A DNA stretch of 32,000 nt, taken from the NCBI RefSeq assembly GCF_000013905.1, contig NC_007969.1, positions 570,001 through 602,000 on the forward strand. The letters run 5' to 3'. A program made the position numbers and the translations under genes. Of this stretch, positions 18,214-28,758 are shown one piece after another (position 1 is the first letter of the stretch; every line of letters begins with the position of its first letter). The notes under the pieces are model-generated. The model did no database searches, was not told the origin of the DNA, and was given only the letters and a program-made list of their open reading frames with translations. This DNA is from Psychrobacter cryohalolentis K5. Its GTDB lineage: Bacteria; Pseudomonadota; Gammaproteobacteria; Pseudomonadales; Moraxellaceae.

Positions 18214-19074
18214 ATGACTCCAAGTATTTTTGCTCGCCAGCCACTCGCGCTTCGTATGACTGCTGTTTTATTAATAGTGGCATTGATATTGATGTGGTTT
18301 GATAGCAAAAATCCAGAATGGTTCAAGCCTATGCGCTCAACGAGCCACGCCGCAATGCAGCCTATTTACGAGCTGTCATTATTACCCAGTTATGCACAAC
18401 ACTGGTCAAGCGGCAGCCTACAATCAAAAGAAACGCTGCGCCGCGAAAACATGCAGCTCAGATCTCAACTTATTCACGCGCAAGCTAAATTGCAGCAGCA
18501 AGATTATATCTTGGCGCAAAACGCTCGCCTGCAAGGTATTCTATCGACCACACGCCCTGAACAATTTGATTTAAATTTGGCACAGGTAATTGGTACTGAC
18601 ACCAATCTACTGCGTCAAATTGTGGTGTTGAATAAAGGGGAGCAAGATGGGGTACAAGTTGGGCAAACGGTCATTGATGAAAACGGCATTTTAGGGCAGA
18701 TTATCAATGTCTATCCTAATACCAGCCGTTTATTGCTTATTACTGATGAACAGCAGTCCGTTGCCGTTACTGTCAAGCGGACAGGGCAGCGCGCTATTGT
18801 CACCGGTCAGGGTATACCTACTTCATTGAGCCTTGAATATGTCTTTAAAACCTCAGATGTACGCGTCGGGGATGAGCTGGTCTCGTCTGGATTAGGTGGG
18901 CGTATCCCTGCAGGCTACCGTGTTGGTCGTATCGCCCATATTGAAGACACGCAAGCGGATAATTTTAGAAGCATTGATGTCACACCTGCCGCAAACTTTG
19001 TCGATAATGCTTATGTGCTGATACTACAAGACAAGCTGGCTAATAAAAACAATATTGGCATTAATGAGTCTTGA
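18214..19074 (+). CDS. mreC: Rod shape-determining protein MreC
   Basis: N-terminal TM segment, coiled-coil (LRRENMQLRSQLIHAQAKLQQ) and beta-barrel domains (GQTVIDENGILGQI). Positioned after mreB. Confidence 0.9.
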   Translation: MTPSIFARQPLALRMTAVLLIVALILMWFDSKNPEWFKPMRSTSHAAMQPIYELSLLPSYAQHWSSGSLQSKETLRRENMQLRSQLIHAQAKLQQQDYILAQNARLQGILSTTRPEQFDLNLAQVIGTDTNLLRQIVVLNKGEQDGVQVGQTVIDENGILGQIINVYPNTSRLLLITDEQQSVAVTVKRTGQRAIVTGQGIPTSLSLEYVFKTSDVRVGDELVSSGLGGRIPAGYRVGRIAHIEDTQADNFRSIDVTPAANFVDNAYVLILQDKLANKNNIGINES

Positions 19075-19216
19075 TGGTCATTGTTAGAGATAATCATTGC
19101 CCGATAATCAGCCGCTATTCTATTTAAGTGCGCTGTTTTACTCCTCGTTTTTTATTCCCTGCAATGCTGAATTCATTATTAAGTAGCTGCTAAACATCCG
19201 CTAAAGGTACGTATTC

Positions 19217-19702
19217 ATGGCATATCCTGATTCTGATCATGCAAATGGGCTGCTGCATGCCGTGATTGTACTGAGTTTTATTATTGCCTCATCGCTCAGT
19301 GTTTATCCATTAAGTCCTAGTATGGCCACATTGCGTCCTATGATCATGATCATGGTATTGATTTTTTGGTTGTTGTTTCAGCCGCGTTATGTGGGCATTT
19401 TTAGTGCCTTTGCTATTGGCCTTATTGCTGATTTGCTGATGGATACTCATTTAGGGCAACAGGCTTTTTCTGCTGTGGCAGTGGCGCTTATGATAAAGGT
19501 TACCAGTATCTATATCAGACAGCTAAATACGATTAGTGCATGGATAATAGCGAGTTTAGGATTGTTTATATTTCAAGCGAGTCTGTGGATGCTACAGATG
19601 TTTGTACAAGATGTCTTTGTTGCCCAATCTACTTTCTCTTTATTGATGAGTATTATTAGCTGGCCATTGGTACTATTGACGTTACGAAAATTTGTGCGTT
19701 AA
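19217..19702 (+). CDS. mreD: Rod shape-determining protein MreD
   Basis: 161-aa polytopic hydrophobic protein immediately after mreC. Confidence 0.8.
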   Translation: MAYPDSDHANGLLHAVIVLSFIIASSLSVYPLSPSMATLRPMIMIMVLIFWLLFQPRYVGIFSAFAIGLIADLLMDTHLGQQAFSAVAVALMIKVTSIYIRQLNTISAWIIASLGLFIFQASLWMLQMFVQDVFVAQSTFSLLMSIISWPLVLLTLRKFVR

Positions 19703-19841
19703 TCAGGTTGATTATTACATCGATTATCAATACAAGTATTTTTATCACAAATAATTTTTACAAGCATCTACGATAAACGACCCTCGTTTATTTATGACTA
19801 AACCTATCAATACTGAATTTTTTCATAATAAGAGAGTAGTG

Positions 19842-20522
19842 ATGGATATTATCTTAGCATCCGGCTCGCCGCGTCGTCGCGAGTTACTAAGTAGAGTGCA
19901 ACTAGAATTTACGGTCATCAGCGTTGATATCGATGAAACGCCTTATCAAGATGAGTCGCCCGAAGATTATATTGTCCGTATGGTCGCCGCCAAAGCAGAG
20001 GCAGCAACTGTGCAGCTAAATAGACAGTTAAAGAATAATGACGCTCACATATATCAATCACTCTTATCGAAGCCCATTATTTTATTGACCTCTGATACCA
20101 TTGGGGTATTACCAGATGGCAAAACAGTCTTGGTCAAACCAAATAATCGCGAAGATGCTTATCGTATGTGGCAGCAAATGTCCGATAGTACTCATGAAGT
20201 ATGGACGGCGGTACAGGCAACGCAACTCTCATTACAGCCTAAACGTTCTGATGAGTTCAATAATGAGCAAGTATGGCAAATCATCAATCAGCAACAAATC
20301 ATTGAACGCACAGAGGTCACCTTTGTAGCGCTTACTCTAGAGATGATGAGTGATTATTGGGACAGCGGCGAGCCTGCAGATAAGGCGGGTGGCTATGGTA
20401 TTCAAGGGTTGGGTGCGGCTTGGGTTAGCCGTATCAATGGCAGCTATACCAATGTGGTGGGCTTACCGCTTGCCCAAACGCTGGCATTGATTAAAGAGAT
20501 GAATGACACTGATACGCTTTAA
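19842..20522 (+). CDS. maf: Maf-like nucleoside triphosphate pyrophosphatase
   Basis: Motifs MDIILASGSPRRRELL and DKAGGYGIQG. I prefer the ATG at 19842, preceded by AGAGAG; the supplied ORF begins at 19794. mreBCD-maf-rng synteny matches E. coli. Confidence 0.88.
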   Translation: MDIILASGSPRRRELLSRVQLEFTVISVDIDETPYQDESPEDYIVRMVAAKAEAATVQLNRQLKNNDAHIYQSLLSKPIILLTSDTIGVLPDGKTVLVKPNNREDAYRMWQQMSDSTHEVWTAVQATQLSLQPKRSDEFNNEQVWQIINQQQIIERTEVTFVALTLEMMSDYWDSGEPADKAGGYGIQGLGAAWVSRINGSYTNVVGLPLAQTLALIKEMNDTDTL

Positions 20523-20746
20523 AATTTTGATGCCTAAATAGATAATACCTAATAAAACTTACATGCTCAAAACGTTTAGAGCAGGGGTATGGATCCAGCA
20601 GTGCTTTAAGATGAAGCTTGATATTAAACCATCTGCACATAATGACACGCTTGTGTCGTGGGCAAAAGCAAGTGGCATTTGTTACACTGTCAGGCTACCA
20701 AACTATGAATGCTTCACCAGAAAGCTAAGTGATAAGAGAAAATACT

Positions 20747-22333
20747 ATGTCCGAAGAGCTGCTGATTAATATTAGTCCCATGGAGTCCCGTGTTGCCGTA
20801 CTAGATAACGGTATCTTGGGCGAGATTTATATTGAGCGTCATCATAAACTGGGTTTGGTTGGTAACATTTACTTGGGTACAGTGGTACGCGTTCTGCCGG
20901 GTATGCAGGCAGCCTTTGTCGATATTGGTCAGTCACGTACTGCATTCTTACACGTTAATGATATGCAGCGTGAACCTCGTCCAGCTGCCAAAAGCAGTAA
21001 AGTCGAAAAGACTGATGATGAGCGCACTATTATAGAGGTAACCGCTGATGATTTAGCCATTACGCCGCCTGTAATAAGTACGCAGAACACAGAAGTTGTA
21101 CCAGTTTCGAAAACTCTCATCCAGCATCGTCTGCATGAAAGCCAACGTATCTTAGTTCAAGTCACCAAAGATCAGCTGGGCAGTAAAGGCGCGCGCTTAA
21201 CCACCAATATATCGCTACCATCTCGCTATCTGGTCTACTTGCCATCGAGTGAGCATATCGGTATCTCACAACGTATTGATGGCGAAGAAGAGCGTACACG
21301 CTTAAAGACTGAGCTTACTAGCCTGATGCAAACCGTCAATCTCAAGGGCGGTCTTATTGCACGTACGGCGGCAGAGCGTGTCCCCGTTGATAAACTTGAA
21401 GAAGACATCTACTATCTCTTGCAGCTATGGCGAACGATATGTGCCCGTCGCCAAGAAATGAAGCCTAATCAAAGCTCAGAGCTTATTTATCAAGAATTAT
21501 CGCTACCACTGCGCTCTATCCGTGATTTGGTACACGCTGGTACCGAAAAAGTCGTGATTGATAATGCACAGATATATGAGCAGGTTAGATACTTTGCCAA
21601 AGAATTTGTGCCTTTTGTCTATGATCGCATAGTACATTATACCGCTGAGCAGTCGCTGTTTGATGTGCACCGCGTCGAAGATGATTTACGTGATGCGCTC
21701 AAACGTCGCGTTGATTTAAAGTCGGGCGGCTATCTGATTATTGACCAAACCGAAGCGATGACCACCATTGATGTCAATACTGGCTCATTCGTTGGTGGGC
21801 GTTCATTAGAAGATACCGTCTACAAAACAAATCTAGAGGCAACACACGCGATAGCCCGTCAACTGCGCTTACGTAATCTAGGCGGTATTATTATCCTAGA
21901 CTTCATCGATATGCTTGAGCAGCAGCACAAGGATGATATCTTAGAGAGCTTGCAGTCACAGCTAGTACAAGACTATGCCAAAACCAAAATCACTCAAGTC
22001 AGTGAGCTTGGTTTGGTTGAGATGACCCGTAAGCGTACTCGTGAATCGCTTGGGCAGCAACTATGTGAGCCTTGCTCAACCTGTCAAGGGCGCGGCTTTG
22101 TCAAAACCGCTGAGACGGTCTGTTTTGAAATATTTCGTGAAATCATGCGCTGTGCTCGTACCTATAATTCTCCTAAGAAGTTTACGGTGGTTGCCCATGC
22201 CGCAGTCATTGATTTATTACTCACCTCAGAGTCGGATACGGTAGCAGATTTAGAGTATTTGCTTGGTAGAGTGATTACCTTTGATGTTGAGAATTTATAT
22301 ACCCAAGAACAATACGATATAGTATTAGATTGA
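20747..22333 (+). CDS. rng: Ribonuclease G
   Basis: MSEELLINISPMESRVAVLDNG..., GNIYLGTVVRVLPGMQAAFVDIG (S1 domain), DQTEAMTTIDVNTG and GGIIILDFIDM. The ATG at 20747 aligns with the E. coli N-terminus; the supplied ORF starts at a GTG at 20729. Confidence 0.92.
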   Translation: MSEELLINISPMESRVAVLDNGILGEIYIERHHKLGLVGNIYLGTVVRVLPGMQAAFVDIGQSRTAFLHVNDMQREPRPAAKSSKVEKTDDERTIIEVTADDLAITPPVISTQNTEVVPVSKTLIQHRLHESQRILVQVTKDQLGSKGARLTTNISLPSRYLVYLPSSEHIGISQRIDGEEERTRLKTELTSLMQTVNLKGGLIARTAAERVPVDKLEEDIYYLLQLWRTICARRQEMKPNQSSELIYQELSLPLRSIRDLVHAGTEKVVIDNAQIYEQVRYFAKEFVPFVYDRIVHYTAEQSLFDVHRVEDDLRDALKRRVDLKSGGYLIIDQTEAMTTIDVNTGSFVGGRSLEDTVYKTNLEATHAIARQLRLRNLGGIIILDFIDMLEQQHKDDILESLQSQLVQDYAKTKITQVSELGLVEMTRKRTRESLGQQLCEPCSTCQGRGFVKTAETVCFEIFREIMRCARTYNSPKKFTVVAHAAVIDLLLTSESDTVADLEYLLGRVITFDVENLYTQEQYDIVLD

Positions 22334-22508
22334 ACATTAAGGCGGGATCTGAATAGTAAGTATTACCGTCAAATGTTGAAAACTGAGGGCATTTAATGGG
22401 ACGGTTTAGCTTTGATGATTAGTAAGCAATTGGTTAAAAGTTAGAGGATTTGGTTTAGAAACCAATATTTATATCAAACAGTTGTGTATATCATTGTAAA
22501 TAAGCCCC

Positions 22509-22536
22509 TTGCAATCATCTGATTATTATGTATAAT
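22509..22536 (+). promoter_or_regulatory. Near-consensus sigma70 promoter of the S10 operon
   Basis: TTGCAA (22509-22514), a 16-bp spacer, then TATAAT (22531-22536). It is the only strong promoter-like site between rng and rpsJ. Confidence 0.6.
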
Positions 22537-22819
22537 ACAGACCACTGAATTATATATGCGCAGCCAATCAAACAGCTGGCGCTATGACAGCTAGAGCATC
22601 GTTTCTAGCACTATTTCATTATGCCTTTGCTGACATCCTACAATGGAAGGGTCGGCGGGGCTTTAAACTATTTTGCTTTTGGCACGCTATAAGTTCGGAT
22701 AAAGAACTCATTCTGGTTTAGAACAGAAGGCCGCTTTAAGTGAATATTTAACCAAACGGCTTTTGCTCATATCCTTGCAAAGCAAGAATGACAAAAGCAC
22801 ATATTAGGAGCTTGCTGGC
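22537..22819 (+). promoter_or_regulatory. Long structured 5' leader of the S10 operon (candidate L4 autoregulatory leader)
   Basis: Stem-loops: GCTAGA/TCTAGC (22590-22609) and GCTTTTG/CAAAAGC (22759-22798). The second encloses CTTGC-AAA-GCAAG (22774-22786) and lies just upstream of the AGGAG Shine-Dalgarno at 22806-22810. Confidence 0.45.
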
Positions 22820-23131
22820 ATGGCTAACCAGAGAATCCGTATCCGTCTTAAGTCTTTTGATCATCGTCTGATTGATCAATCTGCACAAGAGATTGTTGAT
22901 ACTGCAAAGCGCACCGGTGCGCAAGTTTGTGGTCCTGTACCGTTGCCGACTCGCATTGAGCGCTTCAACGTTCTAACTTCACCACACGTAAACAAAGACG
23001 CTCGTGATCAGTACGAAATTCGTACTCATAAGCGTATGGTTGACATTGTTCAACCTACCGATAAAACTGTGGATGCGCTAATGAAGCTTGACTTAGCGGC
23101 GGGTGTTGACGTTCAAATTGCTTTGGGTTAA
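22820..23131 (+). CDS. rpsJ: 30S ribosomal protein S10
   Basis: [21 protein letters not shown]... is near-identical in pattern to E. coli S10. Confidence 0.99.
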   Translation: MANQRIRIRLKSFDHRLIDQSAQEIVDTAKRTGAQVCGPVPLPTRIERFNVLTSPHVNKDARDQYEIRTHKRMVDIVQPTDKTVDALMKLDLAAGVDVQIALG

Positions 23132-23179
23132 TGCACATAAACACCCAACCCATTAATATAAGATATAAAGAGGTCTAAA

Positions 23180-23818
23180 ATGGCGATCGGTTTAGTCGGT
23201 AAAAAATGCGGCATGACCCGTGTCTTCACTGAAGCAGGCGCATCTATCCCTGTAACAGTGGTTGAGATCAGTGCTAACCGCATTACTCAAGTAAAAAATA
23301 CTGATGTAGATGGCTATCAAGCCATCCAAGTTACCACAGGCACCCGTCGTGACAGCCGCGTAACAGCAGCTCAAAAAGGTCACTTCGCTAAAGCCGGCGT
23401 TGCCGCTGGTCGTGGTGTTTGGGAATTTCGTGCCAATGACAGCGATCTTGAAGGTCGTGAGATTGGTGGTGAGATCCTAGCTGACTTGTTCGAACAAGGT
23501 CAGATGGTTGATGTCACAGGAAACAGTAAAGGTAAAGGCTTTCAAGGCGGCGTGAAGCGTCACAACTTCAGCATGCAAGATGCCACTCATGGTAACTCAG
23601 TATCTCACCGTGCCATTGGTTCAACTGGTCAAAACCAGTCACCAGGTAAAGTCTTCAAAGGCAAAAAAATGCCAGGTCAGATGGGTAACAAACGCGTTAC
23701 CGTTCAAGGCCTAGAAGTGATATCGGTTGATGTTGAAAATGGGTTACTTGTCATCAAGGGTGCTATCCCAGGTGCCACCGGTGGCGATGTCATCGTACGT
23801 CCGTCAGTCAAAGCCTAA
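23180..23818 (+). CDS. rplC: 50S ribosomal protein L3
   Basis: [18 protein letters not shown]... with S10-operon order. Confidence 0.99.
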   Translation: MAIGLVGKKCGMTRVFTEAGASIPVTVVEISANRITQVKNTDVDGYQAIQVTTGTRRDSRVTAAQKGHFAKAGVAAGRGVWEFRANDSDLEGREIGGEILADLFEQGQMVDVTGNSKGKGFQGGVKRHNFSMQDATHGNSVSHRAIGSTGQNQSPGKVFKGKKMPGQMGNKRVTVQGLEVISVDVENGLLVIKGAIPGATGGDVIVRPSVKA

Positions 23819-23832
23819 GCAAGGGGATTAAC

Positions 23833-24435
23833 GTGGATTTAAAAACAGTTACAGGGGCGGCAGTTGAGCTTTCTGATACGGCTTTCGGTCGTGAATTCAA
23901 CGAAGCACTAGTGCATCAAGTCGTCACCGCATATCTTGCTGGTGCTCGTCAAGGTACACGCGCTCAAAAGACCCGTGCCGAAGTTTCTGGTGGTGGCATT
24001 AAGCCATGGCGCCAAAAAGGTACTGGTCGCGCTCGTGCAGGTTCTATTCGTAGCCCAATCTGGCGTGGGGGCGGTCGTGCATTCGCGGCTAAGCCACAAG
24101 ATTGGTCACAGAAAGTTAACCGTAAGATGTATCGCGGTGCTATGCAGTGCATCCTAGCCGAATTGATTCGCCAAGAGCGTCTGATTTTGGTTGAAGAGAT
24201 AAGCGTTTCTGGTCCTAAGACCAAAGAGCTGATCGCAAAGTTAGGTGAGTTAAATGCATCACGTGCATTAATCGTCACCAAAGAAGTTGACGAAAACTTA
24301 TACTTAGCTGCTCGCAACATCCCACATGTCAATGTACTTGATACAAGTGAAGTGGATCCAGTGAGCTTGATCGCTTTTGATAAAGTGATCATGACAGTCG
24401 AAGCTGCGAAACAATTTGAGGAAGCACTAGCATGA
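23833..24435 (+). CDS. rplD: 50S ribosomal protein L4
   Basis: GTG start preceded by AAGGGGA. Motifs [14 protein letters not shown] and [15 protein letters not shown]. Confidence 0.98.
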   Translation: MDLKTVTGAAVELSDTAFGREFNEALVHQVVTAYLAGARQGTRAQKTRAEVSGGGIKPWRQKGTGRARAGSIRSPIWRGGGRAFAAKPQDWSQKVNRKMYRGAMQCILAELIRQERLILVEEISVSGPKTKELIAKLGELNASRALIVTKEVDENLYLAARNIPHVNVLDTSEVDPVSLIAFDKVIMTVEAAKQFEEALA

Positions 24436-24782
24436 ATAACGCAAGACTTTATCAGATCCTAAGAGGACCTGTATTCTCAGAGAAATCTCAAATGCTTGGC
24501 GACTCACTTGGTGTGCAGGTATTTAAAATTGACTCTAAGGCTACTAAGCTTGAAGTTAAAAAAGCAGTTGAGATGATGTTTGAAGGTGTTGAAGTTTTAA
24601 AAGTAAACACATTGAACGTTAAAGGTAAGACAAAGCGTTTTGGTAAAAGTATCGGCCGTCGTAATGACTACAAAAAAGCCTATGTTACCTTAAAAGCTGG
24701 TCAAGATGTACAAATGGCTGATGCTGGTGAAGAGGTCGCAAATACGACTGCTTCTACTAGTGAAACAGCGAATAACGAATAA
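24432..24782 (+). CDS. rplW: 50S ribosomal protein L23 (with an acidic/Thr-rich C-terminal tail)
   Basis: The start overlaps the rplD stop as ATGA. L23 core: [21 protein letters not shown]. 116 aa. Confidence 0.97.
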   Translation: MNNARLYQILRGPVFSEKSQMLGDSLGVQVFKIDSKATKLEVKKAVEMMFEGVEVLKVNTLNVKGKTKRFGKSIGRRNDYKKAYVTLKAGQDVQMADAGEEVANTTASTSETANNE

Positions 24783-24793
24783 GGATTACACTC

Positions 24794-25621
24794 ATGCCTA
24801 TCGTAAGAGCAAAGCCAACATCACCAGGCCGTCGTTTTGTTGAAAAAGTAGTGCATCCACACCTTTATAAAGGTCGTCCGTTTGCAGCGCTTCTAGAATC
24901 AAAAAGCAAGACCGGTGGTCGTAACAATAATGGCCGTATCACTACTCGTCACATCGGCGGTGGTCATAAGCAACATTATCGTATTATCGATTTTAAACGT
25001 ACTAAAGACAATATCCCAGCTACAGTAGAGCGTATTGAATACGATCCTAACCGTACTGCGCATATTGCTTTACTTAAGTACGCTGACGGCGAACGTCGTT
25101 ATATTATCGCTGCTAAAAAGCAAGCAGTTGGCGATACTGTAATGTCAGGTGAATTATCACCAATTCGTCCAGGTAACTGTTTACCGCTAAAAAACATACC
25201 ACTAGGTACTGTGATCCATAATATCGAACTTAAAATCGGTAAAGGCGCACAGATGGCTCGTGCTGCGGGTGCTAGCGTTCAGCTACTAGGTCGTGACGGT
25301 ATTTATGCAATTCTTCGTTTGCGTTCTGGCGAAACTCGCCGTGTACACGTAAATTGCCGTGCTGTTATCGGTGAAGTTTCTAATACTGAAAACAACTTGA
25401 AATCACTTGGTAAAGCCGGTGCTTCACGTTGGAGAGGTATTCGTCCTTCTGTTCGTGGTGTCGCTATGAACCCGGTTGATCACCCACATGGTGGTGGTGA
25501 AGGTCGTAACAAAGGTCGCCATCCTACTAGCCCTTGGGGTCAGAAGTCTAAAGGACTTAAAACGCGTCACAATAAGCGTACTGACAACATGATCATCCGC
25601 CGTCGCGCCAAGAAGAAATAA
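24794..25621 (+). CDS. rplB: 50S ribosomal protein L2
   Basis: [22 protein letters not shown] and [13 protein letters not shown]. Confidence 0.99.
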   Translation: MPIVRAKPTSPGRRFVEKVVHPHLYKGRPFAALLESKSKTGGRNNNGRITTRHIGGGHKQHYRIIDFKRTKDNIPATVERIEYDPNRTAHIALLKYADGERRYIIAAKKQAVGDTVMSGELSPIRPGNCLPLKNIPLGTVIHNIELKIGKGAQMARAAGASVQLLGRDGIYAILRLRSGETRRVHVNCRAVIGEVSNTENNLKSLGKAGASRWRGIRPSVRGVAMNPVDHPHGGGEGRNKGRHPTSPWGQKSKGLKTRHNKRTDNMIIRRRAKKK

Positions 25622-25633
25622 AGGAAGAATTTC

Positions 25634-25909
25634 ATGCCTCGTTCATTGAAAAAAGGTCCATTCATAGACGCGCATTTATTTGCTAAAGTTGAAACTGCAT
25701 TAGAAACCAACTCACGCAAACCAATTAAAACTTGGTCGCGCCGTTCAATGATTCTGCCACAAATGGTTGGCCTAACTTTATCTGTTCACAATGGCCGTAC
25801 TCATGTACCGGTTATCGTAAGTGAACAGATGGTTGGTCATAAACTAGGTGAATTTGCCCCGACTCGTACATATCGTGGTCACGGCATTGACAAGAAAGCT
25901 AAGAGATAA
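25634..25909 (+). CDS. rpsS: 30S ribosomal protein S19
   Basis: [12 protein letters not shown]... and [16 protein letters not shown]. Confidence 0.99.
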
Positions 25910-25919
25910 GGTGCTTACC

Positions 25920-26249
25920 ATGGAAGTAACTGCAAAATTACGCGGTGCCGCCATATCGGCACAAAAAGTTAGACTCGTTGCTGATGAAGTTCGTGGCAAA
26001 TCTATTGAGCGTGCTTTGGATATCCTAACGTATAGCAATAAAAAAGGCGCGGTTTTTGTTAAGAAATGTCTTAACTCTGCCATCGCCAATGCTGAAAACA
26101 ACAACGGTTTAGATATCGATACTCTTAAAGTATCAACCATCTACGTTGATGAAGGCATTACGCTAAAACGTATCCTACCACGTGCTAAAGGTCGCGCTGA
26201 TCGTATCAGTAAGCGTACCTGTCACATCACTATAAAGGTAGGGGAATAA
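25920..26249 (+). CDS. rplV: 50S ribosomal protein L22
   Basis: [27 protein letters not shown]... The true start is the ATG at 25920. The supplied ORF starting at 25848 overlaps the rpsS 3' end. Confidence 0.98.
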
Positions 26250-26252
26250 GTT

Positions 26253-26981
26253 ATGGGACAAAAAGTACATCCAATCGGAATTCGTCTTGGTGTTGTAAAA
26301 AAGCATAACGCAAACTGGTATGCTAGCCCTAAACAATACTCAGAATACCTAATTAACGACATTCAGGTTCGTGAATATCTGCGCAAGAAACTTGATAGTG
26401 CTATGATTAGCAAGATCATGATTGAGCGTCCTACTGGTGCTGCTAAGATTACCATCGCCACTGCGCGTCCTGGTATTGTTATCGGTAAGAAAGGCGAAGA
26501 TATTGAAAGACTTCAAAAAGAATTGACCAAAATTATGGGCGTACCTGCTCAGGTCAACATTGAAGAAATCACCTCGCCTGATCTTGATGCTCATTTAGTA
26601 GCGGAAGGCATCGCAAGTCAGCTTGAGCGTCGTGTGATGTTCCGCCGTGCTATGAAGCGTGCGGTACAGAACAGCATGCGTTCTGGTGCTAAAGGTATTA
26701 AAGTTGAGCTGTCTGGCCGTCTTGGCGGTGCTGAGATTGCTCGTACTGAATGGTACCGTGAAGGTCGTGTGCCACTGCATACACTACGCGCTGATATCGA
26801 CTATTCGTCAGTACGTGCGGAAACCACTTACGGCACCATCGGTGTAAAAGTTTGGATCTTCCGTGGCGAAATCCTTGACGGTATGAACAGTGTATACAAT
26901 CCCGTTAAAGAAGAGCAGACTCGTGCGCCAAAACGCCGTGGTCGTGGAAACGGAAACCGTCGAAACACAGACAGAGGTTAA
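26253..26981 (+). CDS. rpsC: 30S ribosomal protein S3
   Basis: [24 protein letters not shown]..., a KH domain and a basic C-terminal tail. Confidence 0.99.
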
Positions 26982-26984
26982 ACT

Positions 26985-27398
26985 ATGTTACAGCCAAAAC
27001 GTACCAAGTTTCGTAAAATGCATAAAGGTCGTAACACTGGGCTAGCTCATCGTGGAAGCACCGTTGCATTCGGACAAATTGGTCTAAAATCTTTGACTCG
27101 TGGTCGTATGACTGCCCGTCAAATTGAAGCAGCACGCCGTACCATCACTCGTAAAATTAAGCGTGGCGGTAAGATTTGGATTCGCGTTTTCCCAGACAAG
27201 CCAATTACCAATAAACCATTAGAAGTACGTATGGGTAAAGGTAAAGGTCCTGTAGAATATTGGGTATGCGAAATCAAACCTGGTAAAATACTATATGAAC
27301 TTGAAGGGATTTCAGAAGAGCTTGCTCGCGAAGCGTTAACGCTTGCTGCAGCTAAACTGCCCTTTAAAACTACCATTGTTAAGCGGACGATAATGTAA
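26985..27398 (+). CDS. rplP: 50S ribosomal protein L16
   Basis: [21 protein letters not shown]... Confidence 0.99.
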
Positions 27399-27595
27399 TG
27401 AAGATCAGTGAATTACGTGATAAATCATTAGAAGAACTGACCCAGTTACTTGATGAAAAGCAACTTGATGCTTTCCGTATTCGTATGGCTAAAGCAACTG
27501 GTCAGTTGGGGAATACCCATGAAGTACGTGTCAATCGTCGTGCGATTGCTCAGCTTCAGACTTTGATTAACGAGAAACAACGAGGCGACTCATGA
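27398..27595 (+). CDS. rpmC: 50S ribosomal protein L29
   Basis: [18 protein letters not shown]... The start overlaps the rplP stop as TAATG. Confidence 0.97.
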
Positions 27596-27867
27596 GCGAT
27601 AACAATCAAGCAACGACCAATGCTAGTGTTCTGACAGGACGAGTTGTCAGTGACAAGATGGACAAGTCCATCACGGTTTTGATTGAGCGTCTGGTTCGTC
27701 ATCCTTTATATGGCAAGCAGCTTCGTCGTTCTACTAAAATCAAAGCACATGATGAGAATAATGTTTGCCAACAAGGCGATCTTGTCCGCATCAAAGAAAC
27801 GCGTCCAATCTCAAAAACCAAGTCTTGGACTTTGGTTGATGTGGTTGAAAAAGTAGAAAAAATCTAA
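27592..27867 (+). CDS. rpsQ: 30S ribosomal protein S17
   Basis: [29 protein letters not shown]... The start overlaps the rpmC stop as ATGA. Confidence 0.98.
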
Positions 27868-28048
27868 GTAAATTGCATTAAAAGCCAGAAGCTGTTAAAA
27901 TAGCTGCCTTTTTAAGGATACTGATTGCGCCGAGCGTATATCACTCACATTAAGAGTAGCAGCGGTTATTAATATTAAAATGCCGACTACTCATACTGTG
28001 CTAGCGGCAGCAACTGGTTTTTATTGCTCATACGTGTGGAGTAACGCT

Positions 28049-28417
28049 ATGATTCAGGTTGAATCTATGCTGGAAGTTGCAGATAATAGCGGTGCAAGAC
28101 GAGTTCAGTGCATTAAAGTACTGGGTGGCTCTCATCGTCGTTATGCATCAGTTGGCGACATTATTAAAGTAACGGTTAAAGAAGCCATTCCTCGCGGTCG
28201 TGTTAAAAAAGGCGACGTGATGAATGCGGTAGTTGTACGTACCAAAAAAGGCGTTCGTCGTCCTGATGGTTCGGTATTACGTTTTGACGACAATGCTGCG
28301 GTATTGTTGAACCAAAACAAAGCGCCGATTGCAACTCGTATTTTTGGACCGGTAACTCGTGAACTACGTGGTGATCAGTTTATGAAAATTGTATCACTAG
28401 CACCAGAAGTATTGTGA
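28049..28417 (+). CDS. rplN: 50S ribosomal protein L14
   Basis: [28 protein letters not shown]... GGAG lies 8 nt upstream of the ATG at 28049. The 23 extra N-terminal codons of the supplied ORF are not L14-like. Confidence 0.98.
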   Translation: MIQVESMLEVADNSGARRVQCIKVLGGSHRRYASVGDIIKVTVKEAIPRGRVKKGDVMNAVVVRTKKGVRRPDGSVLRFDDNAAVLLNQNKAPIATRIFGPVTRELRGDQFMKIVSLAPEVL

Positions 28418-28425
28418 GGTAATCC

Positions 28426-28743
28426 ATGTCAAAATTACGTAAAGGCGATACAGTTATCGTGATTGCTGGGAAAGACAAAGGCAAGCAAGGTACTGTACAA
28501 GCTGTAAAAAACGATCGTATTAAAGTTGAAGGCATTAACATTGTCACTAAACATCAGAAGCCAAATCAGGCAACTGGCGTTGAAGGCGGCATTCTTAAGC
28601 AAGAAGCTTTTCTGCATATCTCAAATGTCGCAATCTTAAATGCGCAAACCCAAAAAGCTGATCGTATTACTTATCAGTTCGGCGAAGACGGCAAGAAACA
28701 ACGCCTGTATCGTTCGAACGGTGAAGTAGTGGCGACTGCGTAA
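28426..28743 (+). CDS. rplX: 50S ribosomal protein L24
   Basis: MSKLRKGDTVIVIAGKDKGKQGTV... Confidence 0.98.
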   Translation: MSKLRKGDTVIVIAGKDKGKQGTVQAVKNDRIKVEGINIVTKHQKPNQATGVEGGILKQEAFLHISNVAILNAQTQKADRITYQFGEDGKKQRLYRSNGEVVATA

Positions 28744-28758
28744 GACACTAAGGGTGTA

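Noticed and set aside
20563-20769. 68-aa ORF in the maf-rng spacer that overlaps the rng start
   Set aside because: No Shine-Dalgarno was seen and the composition is odd (Cys/Trp/Arg-rich). It overlaps the start of rng out of frame. I cannot support it, though the 224-bp spacer itself is unexplained.
23964-24392. 142-aa antisense ORF inside rplD. Similar antisense ORFs lie in accD (5696-6094), gatB (12930-13310), rpsC, rplP and rplF.
   Set aside because: All lie opposite strongly conserved genes and have biased, Arg/Ser-rich translations. I treat them as non-coding.
25848-25919. 24-codon N-terminal extension of rplV overlapping the rpsS 3' end
   Set aside because: L22 homology begins at MEVTAKLRG (ATG 25920), and the upstream part is simply read-through in another frame of rpsS.
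27880-27925. Possible terminator after rpsQ (AAAAGCCAG...CTGCCTTTTT around an AGCT/AGCT core)
   Set aside because: The stem has mismatches and would be weak. The S10 and spc operons are known to be partly co-transcribed, so I did not call it.
27980-28048. 23-codon N-terminal extension of rplN in the supplied ORF
   Set aside because: L14 conservation starts exactly at MIQVES (ATG 28049), which has a GGAG Shine-Dalgarno. The extension is hydrophobic and unlike L14.
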